Virus record (IMG/VR): IMGVR_UViG_3300031519_004880 | Coordinates: 26,017-90,016 of that record | Reading direction: 5' to 3' (one strand) | Length of the DNA: 64,000 nt | DNA from: a virus | Taxonomy: Duplodnaviria; Caudoviricetes | Shown: positions 55,359 to 63,949 of the stretch, piece by piece | Position numbering within the stretch: the stretch's first letter is position 1 | Layout of the letters: every line of letters starts with the position of its first letter | Notes under the pieces: generated by a model | Told to the model about the DNA's origin: nothing | What the model saw: the letters and a program-made list of their open reading frames with translations, nothing else | The model's database searches: none | Made by a program: the position numbers and the translations under genes

Positions 55359-55969
55359 TGCATAAACCTCTGTTGTTCACTTTTAAATATTGGCATTATA
55401 ATATTTCGTTGTTGTGAAAATTGACTACTTCTTCCACTAAACACAAACCCTGCGGTAACTCTAGGACTTACGTCTTGTATTGGTAATCCCCTATGTAAGT
55501 AATGACTAGGAAATACTACACATCGTCCTTCTTTGTATTCAACCTCGTCAAATACTTTACCACCTTCTTCAGGAGTGTTATCCCAAAAGTCCATTCCAGT
55601 ATCTCCGGTAATAAAGTATACCATTGTGTATGCTGGTACGTCAGGTCCACTGTCTACATGTAAACCACCAACGTGTTCTCTTGTTGTAATATTAACTTGA
55701 ATTTGATTAAGTTGAATATCACCAATATCGTCACTAATTAGACTTTTATGGTGTTCCAACGCATGCCAAACTGCTTTCAGTTGCCACGGAGCGTTTTCTA
55801 ATTCTGAATTTGTCCATTGATCACTAAAGAATTGGTTGCCTTGATAAGCACCCAATCCTCTATGACCAAACTTAACTGGTATGTGTGGAATATTCAATAC
55901 TGATTGATCATGTAACCATTTAGGTAAAATGTCATCAAGTATTATTATATTATTAGGGTCATAGTTCAT
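55355..55969 (-). CDS. 2OG-Fe(II) oxygenase (P4H-like)
   Basis: LHVD, GRCVVFPSHYLHRG and RVT. Confidence 0.75.
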   Translation of the reverse strand: MNYDPNNIIILDDILPKWLHDQSVLNIPHIPVKFGHRGLGAYQGNQFFSDQWTNSELENAPWQLKAVWHALEHHKSLISDDIGDIQLNQIQVNITTREHVGGLHVDSGPDVPAYTMVYFITGDTGMDFWDNTPEEGGKVFDEVEYKEGRCVVFPSHYLHRGLPIQDVSPRVTAGFVFSGRSSQFSQQRNIIMPIFKSEQQRFMQ

Positions 55970-55975
55970 ATGTTA

Positions 55976-56004
55976 ATTATAAGCTATAACTGTAGAAAAG
56001 TCAA
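55976..56004 (-). promoter_or_regulatory. Sigma70-type promoter TTGACT-17-TATAAT, leaderless geometry
   Basis: TATAAT-TAACAT-ATG. Confidence 0.8.
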
Positions 56005-56012
56005 CCTCTAAT

Positions 56013-56426
56013 TTAAAGATCGCCTTGTTTTCTATTTTCGCTGTAGTGTGCATCAAAGTCACCGCCTGGATATCTTGCTTTAAGTTTATCAATATTCATT
56101 TGGATAACTTCGTTTGGATCAATGTCAAGAGCCATACAGCCTTGCATCCAATACCACATGATATCACCTAGCTCACGTTGCATGTGCCAAACGTTATCTG
56201 CGTCCAACGGTTTACCTTGGAACATAATCTTTTTTACAACTTCGGTAAATTCACCCGACTCTGCACCTAATCCCATAGAAGCAGTTAACAGTCTAGGCAT
56301 GTTAACATCTCTATTGGAGTTGTTTAGTTGAGCCCAGTGACGTGAAAAATCATCATTACTTGAGCTCTCTTTTGATGTAACTGCGTCAACAAACTCTTTA
56401 TATTTGTTAAGGTCAATTTCAGCCAT
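56013..56426 (-). CDS. mazG: MazG-like NTP pyrophosphohydrolase
   Basis: GLGAESGEFTEVVKK, ELGDIMWY and N..KL..RY. Confidence 0.85.
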   Translation of the reverse strand: MAEIDLNKYKEFVDAVTSKESSSNDDFSRHWAQLNNSNRDVNMPRLLTASMGLGAESGEFTEVVKKIMFQGKPLDADNVWHMQRELGDIMWYWMQGCMALDIDPNEVIQMNIDKLKARYPGGDFDAHYSENRKQGDL

Positions 56427-56458
56427 AAGATAATCCTCTTCTTTTTTAATTGTTGTGT

Positions 56459-56908
56459 TTACCAGGTATTAGTTCTAACGAATTCGGTAGGGTCAATAGT
56501 TGGTGCTGAATAGTCATTTTCCATTCCCATAGCATCATCGTTGCCTGGGTTAGTGTCGCTGTGAAGCATAATGCTATCAACGTCAATTAACCTAAGTTCG
56601 ATTTCACCATGCTCTGGATCGTCAGTAATAAACCCTCTACTCCAACGACCGTGTTCTACATAGATCCAGTCGCCTACTTTGTACGGGTCTTTATTTTCAT
56701 GACCAATAGCATAAATTTGACACCAACGTGGTCGAATGCCTCGTTCTTTGCCATCGTCACTTGAAATGATAATACCACCTTTAGTAGTACGATCACCAAA
56801 CTCCATATTATAAGCAAGTACGCCGTCGTGTATCGGACGAACTACTCCTTTAACTTTAGTTTTTAGTTTTGGGCCTGCACCCATCATTGCCGTATTAAGT
56901 TCGTCCAT
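56459..56908 (-). CDS. groES: GroES-like co-chaperonin
   Basis: RPIHDGVL, TTKGGIII mobile loop and KVGD. Confidence 0.8.
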   Translation of the reverse strand: MDELNTAMMGAGPKLKTKVKGVVRPIHDGVLAYNMEFGDRTTKGGIIISSDDGKERGIRPRWCQIYAIGHENKDPYKVGDWIYVEHGRWSRGFITDDPEHGEIELRLIDVDSIMLHSDTNPGNDDAMGMENDYSAPTIDPTEFVRTNTW

Positions 56909-56913
56909 TTGTC

Positions 56914-57318
56914 TTAATCACCTTTTTGTACAAAATTACCATCTGAGTCTTCTACCCACGCATCAGCTTCTTCGTCGATAGCTTTCATTTCTTCTTCTAC
57001 TTTAGAAGTTGAAGTTTTTACTGCTTTCTTAGCTGGCGCTTTAACTGCCTCAACTTGTACTTCAGGTTCAACTGCTTGTACAGGTTTATTTGGAACTTCG
57101 TCTGCAACTGCTTGTGGATGATCTTTATAATACTCGTCTAAAATTTCATCACGTTTACGGATAATTTGACCACCTGGGCCTAATTGATCGCCACGTGCAT
57201 TAACTCTAGCATTTCCTACTGCGGGCGTTAGTTCATTTCGTTGGCGTAGTAGATCCATATCTACGGATTTACCTTGCATACTCTTATGAAGTTTGCGTCC
57301 TGTTTGTTTCATAGCCAT
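56914..57318 (-). CDS. Hypothetical protein
   Basis: RBS AGGAG, with upstream GATAAGTA. Confidence 0.6.
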   Translation of the reverse strand: MAMKQTGRKLHKSMQGKSVDMDLLRQRNELTPAVGNARVNARGDQLGPGGQIIRKRDEILDEYYKDHPQAVADEVPNKPVQAVEPEVQVEAVKAPAKKAVKTSTSKVEEEMKAIDEEADAWVEDSDGNFVQKGD

Positions 57319-57345
57319 AATCTATTCTCCTAGTTATATACTTAC

Positions 57346-57870
57346 TTATCTCATGAACTCGTGGTAGTCCAGGTCAAACTGGACGGAATCTACTTTATGT
57401 ACCCCAATTAAGTATAATACATAACTTGCTACACTACTACCTCTGCCTACTCCCCAAACAATGTTATTCTCACGCATAAAGTCTACCAAATATACCATAT
57501 ACTTTAATAAGTCAAACATATTACGTCTATCGTACTCTGCTAGTTCTTCACATGTTCTAGCCATTTTAGCAGGATCGTCTGGACACTTATCTAATACGTA
57601 ATTATAGAGGTCCATGGTTTTATACTTTTCAGGCATAAACCAATCTTCTTGGAGTGCTTCGTCGAATTCTTCTTTATTAACATCTAACGGTATATAGGTA
57701 TTAAGTCCTGCTAGTCCGTTATCAGTTGCTAATGTATTGAACTTATCAATGTCGTCACTTGGATCACAAAGAACAACATGACACTTGTCGATATGTCCTG
57801 TATAGATCATATCAATTAAGTCTTTATTTGTAAATCGAGGGATACCTAAATTGTCAGTTTTCATTAGCAT
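57346..57870 (-). CDS. Stand-alone fragment homologous to DNA polymerase III alpha (DnaE)
   Basis: EL..Y...FDLLKYMVYLVDF...GVGRGSSVASYVLYLIGVHKVDS..DL..EF matches the DnaE GPGRGS region. Confidence 0.75.
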   Translation of the reverse strand: MLMKTDNLGIPRFTNKDLIDMIYTGHIDKCHVVLCDPSDDIDKFNTLATDNGLAGLNTYIPLDVNKEEFDEALQEDWFMPEKYKTMDLYNYVLDKCPDDPAKMARTCEELAEYDRRNMFDLLKYMVYLVDFMRENNIVWGVGRGSSVASYVLYLIGVHKVDSVQFDLDYHEFMR

Positions 57871-57876
57871 ACATAT

Positions 57877-57905
57877 ATATTAACTTACATTTATGAGTTT
57901 GTCAA
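57877..57905 (-). promoter_or_regulatory. Sigma70-type promoter TTGACA-17-TAATAT, leaderless geometry
   Basis: The -10 box is followed by 6 nt and then ATG 57870. Confidence 0.65.
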
Positions 57906-58104
57906 GATCTTTATCACCATTTCCGGTAGACTGTTTTGCCGATCTGTCAATCATTTCAAGTTTATATGTATCCAACATTGTTTGGATTTGTAATTTAGCT
58001 TCGGGGTTTCCTGTTTGAAACCATTTTTGTGTTAATTGGTTAATCTTTTCAACGATTTCTTCTTCTGTTTTAGATGCGAGATCGTGTAGTAATGGATGAT
58101 CCAT
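57880..58104 (-). CDS. Hypothetical protein
   Basis: Short helical ORF after the structural gene. Confidence 0.55.
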   Translation of the reverse strand: MDHPLLHDLASKTEEEIVEKINQLTQKWFQTGNPEAKLQIQTMLDTYKLEMIDRSAKQSTGNGDKDLDKLINVS

Positions 58105-58116
58105 TAATTAATTACC

Positions 58117-58695
58117 TTATGAAAATTGTCCAACGTATTGTGCGTATACTGTAGTACCGCCATCATATGTCCAAACATCAACACAAACTGGGTTTGAGTT
58201 ATCATTTACCACAAATGGTGATGGAAACGTATTATCGCCGTTAGTTCCGTATTTAATAGTGCCGTTTTCTGTAGCAAACGATACTGTACGTGCAGTACTA
58301 TCGCCTAATGTATCTACTAACATAAGTCTCATTTTACCAACTTTGTTAGAAGCAGGCCAATCAGTGAATGTTAGTGTAAGTGTATTAGATCCAATAGTAA
58401 ACGTTTGAAAGTTACCGTTTGTAAAACTTACGTTAGTAGGACCTGTAACAGTTCCACCTGGATAATGTTTTTCAGTATTAGCAATAAAGTTTGCACCACT
58501 GATATCGTTACCTAGAAAGTTATTAGTCGCGTTTAACTTTGCAGTATTTGTCTGCAAATCTTCAATTTCGTTCTTAGCGGCTGTGAAGTTATTCTTAATA
58601 GTATTGAAGTTATTTCTAAATCCTTGGCTGTCATTATCCTGACCAGCTACCGGGAATGTTGAATCAATACTTGTGTTGTCAATGTTACTTGCCAT
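58117..58695 (-). CDS. Virion structural protein (baseplate/tail region)
   Basis: PVAGQDNDSQGFRNNF coiled-coil N-terminus and beta-sandwich C-terminus. Confidence 0.6.
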   Translation of the reverse strand: MASNIDNTSIDSTFPVAGQDNDSQGFRNNFNTIKNNFTAAKNEIEDLQTNTAKLNATNNFLGNDISGANFIANTEKHYPGGTVTGPTNVSFTNGNFQTFTIGSNTLTLTFTDWPASNKVGKMRLMLVDTLGDSTARTVSFATENGTIKYGTNGDNTFPSPFVVNDNSNPVCVDVWTYDGGTTVYAQYVGQFS

Positions 58696-58717
58696 AGTTG
58701 TTCCTCTCTAGTGTATG

Positions 58718-58725
58718 TATTTATC
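58718..58725 (-). promoter_or_regulatory. Late motif GATAAATA
   Basis: Upstream of 58695. Confidence 0.55.
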
Positions 58726-58729
58726 CGGG

Positions 58730-61700
58730 TTAAACATTATATTGATAATTTCCGAATGCAATATACTGCTCATTACTGTTGCCCGTAGTAGCATCAACAA
58801 TGTATCTATCAATTTCAAAGTCTAGATTTTTAAAATCGAACCCACTATTAGTTATATTTAACAAGATCTGTGCCGCAGTTCCTGGTTTACAGTAGCATAA
58901 CGGTACTGCTGTAACGTATCCTAGTTCCTGTACTCCTGTGCCCTGTGCAGTTGACATCCAAATTGGTAAAAAACTACCTTCTGTAACGCCAGATTGTCTT
59001 ACGTTTTCACGCATATTAGTTACGTTACTAATAAATCTGTTTGTATCGTTAGGGTTACTAATTTGGACAGCATCACTGTCAACTTTAAGTGTATTATAGT
59101 TTGGTCTAAATCTAAACGGATCACTGCTAGTAGTAGCAATTTGTCCAGCACTAACAACAGTACCATTTTTGGTAGTTATTTCAATAGTGCCATTTGCGTC
59201 ATAGGTTACAGATCCTGATCTAGTAATAATTTCTAAATCATTACCAAATGCTCTAACATTAATAATTTGATTAATGCTATTTCTTATTTGGAATACAGCT
59301 TCGCCTGCACCTTCTTTGGTAACGTCATCACGAGTTTCAAATTCAACACTATCAACTGTAATTTTTTTCTTATTAGCAATTGATACATTCTTAGCTACTG
59401 TGCCTTTGGAAGCTTCTAGAGGATCATTTACATCAACATAAATTACTTCGTATAATACAGTATTAGATCCTGCTTCTTTTGCTTCGGCAGTTTTTAATGC
59501 ACCAAAGTTAAATCGTTTACGCTTGTGATTTTTTCTTGATACTGCAACGTAGTCCTTAATCTCTTTAGTTTCAATTCCTGCGTATACTAACATCTTAACA
59601 TTTTTCTGTAACCCAAACTGATCATCGTTGGGTCTGTAAATACTGTTTGGCGTAAAGATATTACTATCGCCTATAAAGTTTTTATATATTTGTCTTTGTG
59701 TTTCTTTAAACAAAGGCTTAACATATAAGTTACTGTATGTTAGGTTGTCAGGATCTCTTACAATAATATTAAATGTTCTAATTGTTGAACTAAATCCAAA
59801 ACGGTCTCTAGCTTGTACAGTAAAGATAAACTTACGGTCAATAGTAGTAGTACCACCGTCTAGTGTAAACTTGTTATTATCAATAGTTGAAAGACCATCG
59901 TTAGTAGCTGTAGCAAACTGTACAACTTTACCAGTAATTTCACCATCAAAGTTTAATTTTAATCCTGGCGGTAATCTACCACTATTTAATGTGTATAGTA
60001 ATGAGCTATCAGTAACACTTGTTAACGCTTTTACAAAAAACGTACTAACAAAGTTTGCTTTAATTGCTCCTAGGTCAGCAAGTGTTGTCCATTTAATTGT
60101 ACTTTCAACTTCGCCTAAGATCTTAACTGTAAATGTTTTTTTCTTTTCAGCAATTAGTTCTTGACCAATGCTAGTAAATCTTTGTGCATTGATTGTAAAT
60201 TGATATTCTTTTGTTACTGCTGGTTGATAAGGAACACGCCCAGCAATCTCTCCAGTAGTTGGATCTAGTACCATTCCTGGTGGTATAGTACTTGCAGAAT
60301 TATCTGGGTTAGTTGCTAACAGTACGTAAGTTAACTCACCTAATGTAGCCTGTGGATCAAATACATCTAAAAATACAGTTACATAATTGTTTGCACGTTT
60401 GTATCCTAAGTCTGCAGGAGTTAACCAAACAGGAGTTCTTAGGTAAGTGTTATCTGCTTTAAACACTCCACTTGCAACTTGTAGTACTGTGTTATCCGCA
60501 CGTAGGAAGTCATCGCCTACAAGAAATATTTCAAACGATCTTTTAACAATAGTGTCGCCGTCACTTACGCTAACATCAAATGCATATCTGCGATTTAATT
60601 TTTTTCTACTTTGTGTTTGGATAGCATCATCGTACCCTTTAGTATCGTAGTAATAACTTTCAAAGCCATTAGCACTACGTAATCCAAAGTCAAACGCATA
60701 ACTGTCAAACTGTGCCGAATCATAAAATCCACTACCTGCATTTTTATCAATTGCTAGGATAGGATCAACGATACCAACTAATCTTCCATCTGTTGTTAGC
60801 TGTAGTCCAGGAGGTATTTCTCCATCGCCATCACCAATGTAATATTCTAGTGTTTGCCCTGTTGGCAAGTCAGCATCAATTGCTTCTAGTTGGAAGTCAA
60901 CAATACTACTGTCTAAAATAAATGTAGCAGATCCACTTCCTAGTGGAAGTAGTCCAGCGTTAGTAGACCAAACAGGATCATCAGGACCTTGTACGGTTAT
61001 TTTAAACGTTCTATCTCTTACACCGTCATCGTTTGATGCTCTTAGCACAAACTTAAATTCTGTATCTCTTGATACTTCAAAAGGCGTACCAACAATCTTG
61101 CCTTCGTTTAATCTCATTCCTGGCGGAAGTTCTCCGCTGATTAAAGTGATAACATCTGTGTTTAAACTGATACTAGTAGTAGAACCATTTGCTAGATAAA
61201 CATCACTTAGTATTGATGCTGTATATGTAAAGTAACTTCTTACAATTTCTCTAAACCAAAGTTCAGTAGTTATATAGTCTGCTCCGCCACTTGTTTTGTA
61301 GTGTAATACTTGACCTGACAAGTATGAATAATAATATGTGTTATATTGTCCGTAAAATGTTCCACCAGCATCTGGTATAACACCGCCAATATATCCTTGT
61401 GACTTTGCCCACTGATATGCTGTTTCTTGTGCGCCAAGCCACGTAACAGGTGTTGTTGAATAGTTTGGTGCTATGTTGTTGTTAGGGTCTACATAACCTC
61501 CAACGTAGGGCATCATATCGTTCGTTGTAGCAACGTTCGTGTCACTATCAGTACTTTGTATTGTTAATATTCTTTTACCTTGTTTAACAGCACTATTTGT
61601 ATTATAGTTTGTTGCATCATTGCCTGTTACTGCTTCTGATGATGGAAAATAGAAAGTTCCGTTTCTAAACATAGGTTCAAATAACGGAGCATTAATAGTA

Positions 61701-62290
61701 GCGTATTCTTTAATACCAACATCGTCAATTTCTACTATGGCCCTGTTAACCAGTAGTCCACCGTTGTTAATACCGAGAAACTTAATTCTTCTCGCATCAA
61801 CATTTGAATAACCTTTAAGTCTTGTAATAAGTTGTCGCAACATTCCAATATCTGGAGATTTGTTAGTGTCTTCATCAATCACATTCCATTCATTTCCGGG
61901 CTTAGTTGGCGCAACAATAATATGATCGCCTAAATAGTTTTGCCAGTCGTTGACCATGTTAGCACCAGTACTACCCTGAGGGTGTATAATGATAACAACA
62001 GGAATTAGTTTATTTGCTAAACTAGGTATAGTTGGAACACGTATTGCTGGTGTAGAGTATACTGTAGTTTGTGGAGCCCCATAAGTATCAACATGATCAA
62101 TACTAATATCAATCGTTGTAGCATTTCCTAATGCTGACTGTGCTGGATAACTTAGAGAACTATTACTTGGATTAAAACCACTGCCGCCTGCGACAGTAGG
62201 ATCAAGTGGTAAAGATACAGAAGTAGTAACTCTTTCTTGGAGAGTTGCTAGATTATAGTCTGATTTTTGAGTCCAATTTGGTACTGCCAT
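58730..62290 (-). CDS. Large baseplate-type protein with Ig-like repeats and an inserted alpha/beta-hydrolase domain
   Basis: Four L/IPPG-L/M-x-L...G-x-I/L-x-G Ig-like repeats, with an esterase-like segment at about aa 60-355. Confidence 0.7.
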   Translation of the reverse strand: MAVPNWTQKSDYNLATLQERVTTSVSLPLDPTVAGGSGFNPSNSSLSYPAQSALGNATTIDISIDHVDTYGAPQTTVYSTPAIRVPTIPSLANKLIPVVIIIHPQGSTGANMVNDWQNYLGDHIIVAPTKPGNEWNVIDEDTNKSPDIGMLRQLITRLKGYSNVDARRIKFLGINNGGLLVNRAIVEIDDVGIKEYATINAPLFEPMFRNGTFYFPSSEAVTGNDATNYNTNSAVKQGKRILTIQSTDSDTNVATTNDMMPYVGGYVDPNNNIAPNYSTTPVTWLGAQETAYQWAKSQGYIGGVIPDAGGTFYGQYNTYYYSYLSGQVLHYKTSGGADYITTELWFREIVRSYFTYTASILSDVYLANGSTTSISLNTDVITLISGELPPGMRLNEGKIVGTPFEVSRDTEFKFVLRASNDDGVRDRTFKITVQGPDDPVWSTNAGLLPLGSGSATFILDSSIVDFQLEAIDADLPTGQTLEYYIGDGDGEIPPGLQLTTDGRLVGIVDPILAIDKNAGSGFYDSAQFDSYAFDFGLRSANGFESYYYDTKGYDDAIQTQSRKKLNRRYAFDVSVSDGDTIVKRSFEIFLVGDDFLRADNTVLQVASGVFKADNTYLRTPVWLTPADLGYKRANNYVTVFLDVFDPQATLGELTYVLLATNPDNSASTIPPGMVLDPTTGEIAGRVPYQPAVTKEYQFTINAQRFTSIGQELIAEKKKTFTVKILGEVESTIKWTTLADLGAIKANFVSTFFVKALTSVTDSSLLYTLNSGRLPPGLKLNFDGEITGKVVQFATATNDGLSTIDNNKFTLDGGTTTIDRKFIFTVQARDRFGFSSTIRTFNIIVRDPDNLTYSNLYVKPLFKETQRQIYKNFIGDSNIFTPNSIYRPNDDQFGLQKNVKMLVYAGIETKEIKDYVAVSRKNHKRKRFNFGALKTAEAKEAGSNTVLYEVIYVDVNDPLEASKGTVAKNVSIANKKKITVDSVEFETRDDVTKEGAGEAVFQIRNSINQIINVRAFGNDLEIITRSGSVTYDANGTIEITTKNGTVVSAGQIATTSSDPFRFRPNYNTLKVDSDAVQISNPNDTNRFISNVTNMRENVRQSGVTEGSFLPIWMSTAQGTGVQELGYVTAVPLCYCKPGTAAQILLNITNSGFDFKNLDFEIDRYIVDATTGNSNEQYIAFGNYQYNV

Positions 62291-62314
62291 TGTGCATATC
62301 CTTTAACTTATTAG

Positions 62315-62322
62315 TATTTATC
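62315..62322 (-). promoter_or_regulatory. Late motif GATAAATA
   Basis: Upstream of 62290. Confidence 0.55.
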
Positions 62323-62335
62323 GGATACGCTACTA

Positions 62336-63214
62336 TTAGAATGCACGTTGTTGTTTGGTGCTAGGACCTACAATGTAAGGATAAACAGGCTGTAAACTTG
62401 CATCTACGCTTAAATGATATGCGTATGTTCCAAGTGGATATTCTGGAGTTTTTGCAAATCTACCATTGTACTCATCTAGTGTACCTGTACCAACTTGGTA
62501 TTCGTGATCGTTAATAAACTTCCCTGCTGTTTTTTCAGAATATAAAAACCCACGTCCTGGTCTTTCACTACTGTATAACTGATATGAACTAGTCATTCTA
62601 GTTACTACTGAAGCTGGATCATTAAAGTCTGAATATGCATAAGGTCCGTAAATAGGATAACCATCAAAAGCGTAACCTACAATTTTACTATGTCCATCTG
62701 CGTGTCTAAATAAATCGCCACCGAAGTTTGAACCATTATAGTATGCTGGAGTTGGACTAGCATCTACAGTAATCATGTTTGTGTTCCATGCCGCTGATGC
62801 TTCTGCTGTACCTGTTGGTAAAAACAAAAACAACGATGACATGTAATGATACTGTCCGTTACTTTCTGGCCAACCACCTGCGTCATCTCCACCGTAGTTT
62901 GATCTATACTGAACTGCGTTATATTCAAAGCCTGTACCTGGAGCATCTGCTACAGAATCAAGTGCTGGAGGAACAACGCCAACGCCACTTGACGGACTAT
63001 AAAACACAACACCGTTAGTCATAATGCCTAATGGTGATAGTGGAGTCGTTAGCTGTGCGTTAGTTGTATTCTCTCCACCCCTAAAGGTAAATGAATAATT
63101 ATATGATTGCGATGTAGCTGTATTTGCACTAGGTGCAAATGCATTGTTTCCAAATGCTTTACCAAATTGTGCTGGGTTTGGTAACCCATTTGATTCAATT
63201 GTTAATGTTGCCAT
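62336..63214 (-). CDS. YHYH-domain protein
   Basis: SNGLP, NGVVF, QYHY, GYAFDGYPIYGP, LDEYNGR and YAYH. Confidence 0.8.
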   Translation of the reverse strand: MATLTIESNGLPNPAQFGKAFGNNAFAPSANTATSQSYNYSFTFRGGENTTNAQLTTPLSPLGIMTNGVVFYSPSSGVGVVPPALDSVADAPGTGFEYNAVQYRSNYGGDDAGGWPESNGQYHYMSSLFLFLPTGTAEASAAWNTNMITVDASPTPAYYNGSNFGGDLFRHADGHSKIVGYAFDGYPIYGPYAYSDFNDPASVVTRMTSSYQLYSSERPGRGFLYSEKTAGKFINDHEYQVGTGTLDEYNGRFAKTPEYPLGTYAYHLSVDASLQPVYPYIVGPSTKQQRAF

Positions 63215-63215
63215 A

Positions 63216-63920
63216 TTAGCTTAATACCCCTGCGTCAAAGTTTCTAACATCTGGTGTTAGCGTTAGTCCAAAGTCAATGTCTGTTTCATAAAGTAGCCAG
63301 TCACTAAAACCTCTTACATCATTACTTAGCGTTCCAAAGTCAAATCCTGCTGTATTTGGCTCAATACTTCTAATATCAATACCGTATATTAGTCCGCTAA
63401 TATTACCTGTAACAGGGCCACTAAATTCACTTGCTGTAATAGTTCCACCGTTAGTTACATTATACCCTGCCGCATCTAAGTTTCCACCTAAACTTGGTGA
63501 TGTATCTGTAACAATTTCTGCGGTTGAATTAATAGTTAAAACGTTACCCGATGTTGAAGTAGTTACTCCGCTACCGCCGCTAATACTAATTGATTGACCG
63601 TCTGCAAGTACTATACTTCCAGAGTCTGAAACTACTGTTAGTTGTTGTAACCCGCCTGTAGCATTAACTGTAATCCCTTGTGGAGTACTTGTTAGTGTTA
63701 CATTAGAACCTTGTACGAGTTTTTTAAGTTGAATCTCTGATCCAATTTTTTGTGAAAATATTCCTTCACCTACGTTACCCATGTTGGCAACAGTTGTGCT
63801 TTCAGGAGATCGTAAATCTAAGTCATCAAAGTTCTGATTTACCTTGATAAACGCTTCACGTAAATCGTCACCCGTTCCGTCGTTTGCTAATGCACCAATG
63901 TTTATATTTTGTAAAGCCAT
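63216..63920 (-). CDS. Baseplate/fibre protein with T4 gp9/gp10-like N-terminus
   Basis: NINIG..NDGTGDDLREAFIKVNQNF. Confidence 0.7.
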   Translation of the reverse strand: MALQNINIGALANDGTGDDLREAFIKVNQNFDDLDLRSPESTTVANMGNVGEGIFSQKIGSEIQLKKLVQGSNVTLTSTPQGITVNATGGLQQLTVVSDSGSIVLADGQSISISGGSGVTTSTSGNVLTINSTAEIVTDTSPSLGGNLDAAGYNVTNGGTITASEFSGPVTGNISGLIYGIDIRSIEPNTAGFDFGTLSNDVRGFSDWLLYETDIDFGLTLTPDVRNFDAGVLS

Positions 63921-63941
63921 ATTCTCTCTCTTCTGTAGTTG

Positions 63942-63949
63942 TATTTATC
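63942..63949 (-). promoter_or_regulatory. Late motif GATAAATA
   Basis: Upstream of 63920. Confidence 0.55.

Noticed and set aside
57346-57870. DnaE fragment as a pseudogene
   Set aside because: It has an intact ORF and a dedicated promoter, and no degraded dnaE remnants flank it. It is kept as a CDS.
7975-63018. The many short opposite-strand ORFs in the track, such as 11281..11619, 30879..31370, 42222..42677 and 59745..60164
   Set aside because: They lie antisense to well-supported genes, have no RBS or motifs, and show typical shadow-ORF composition.
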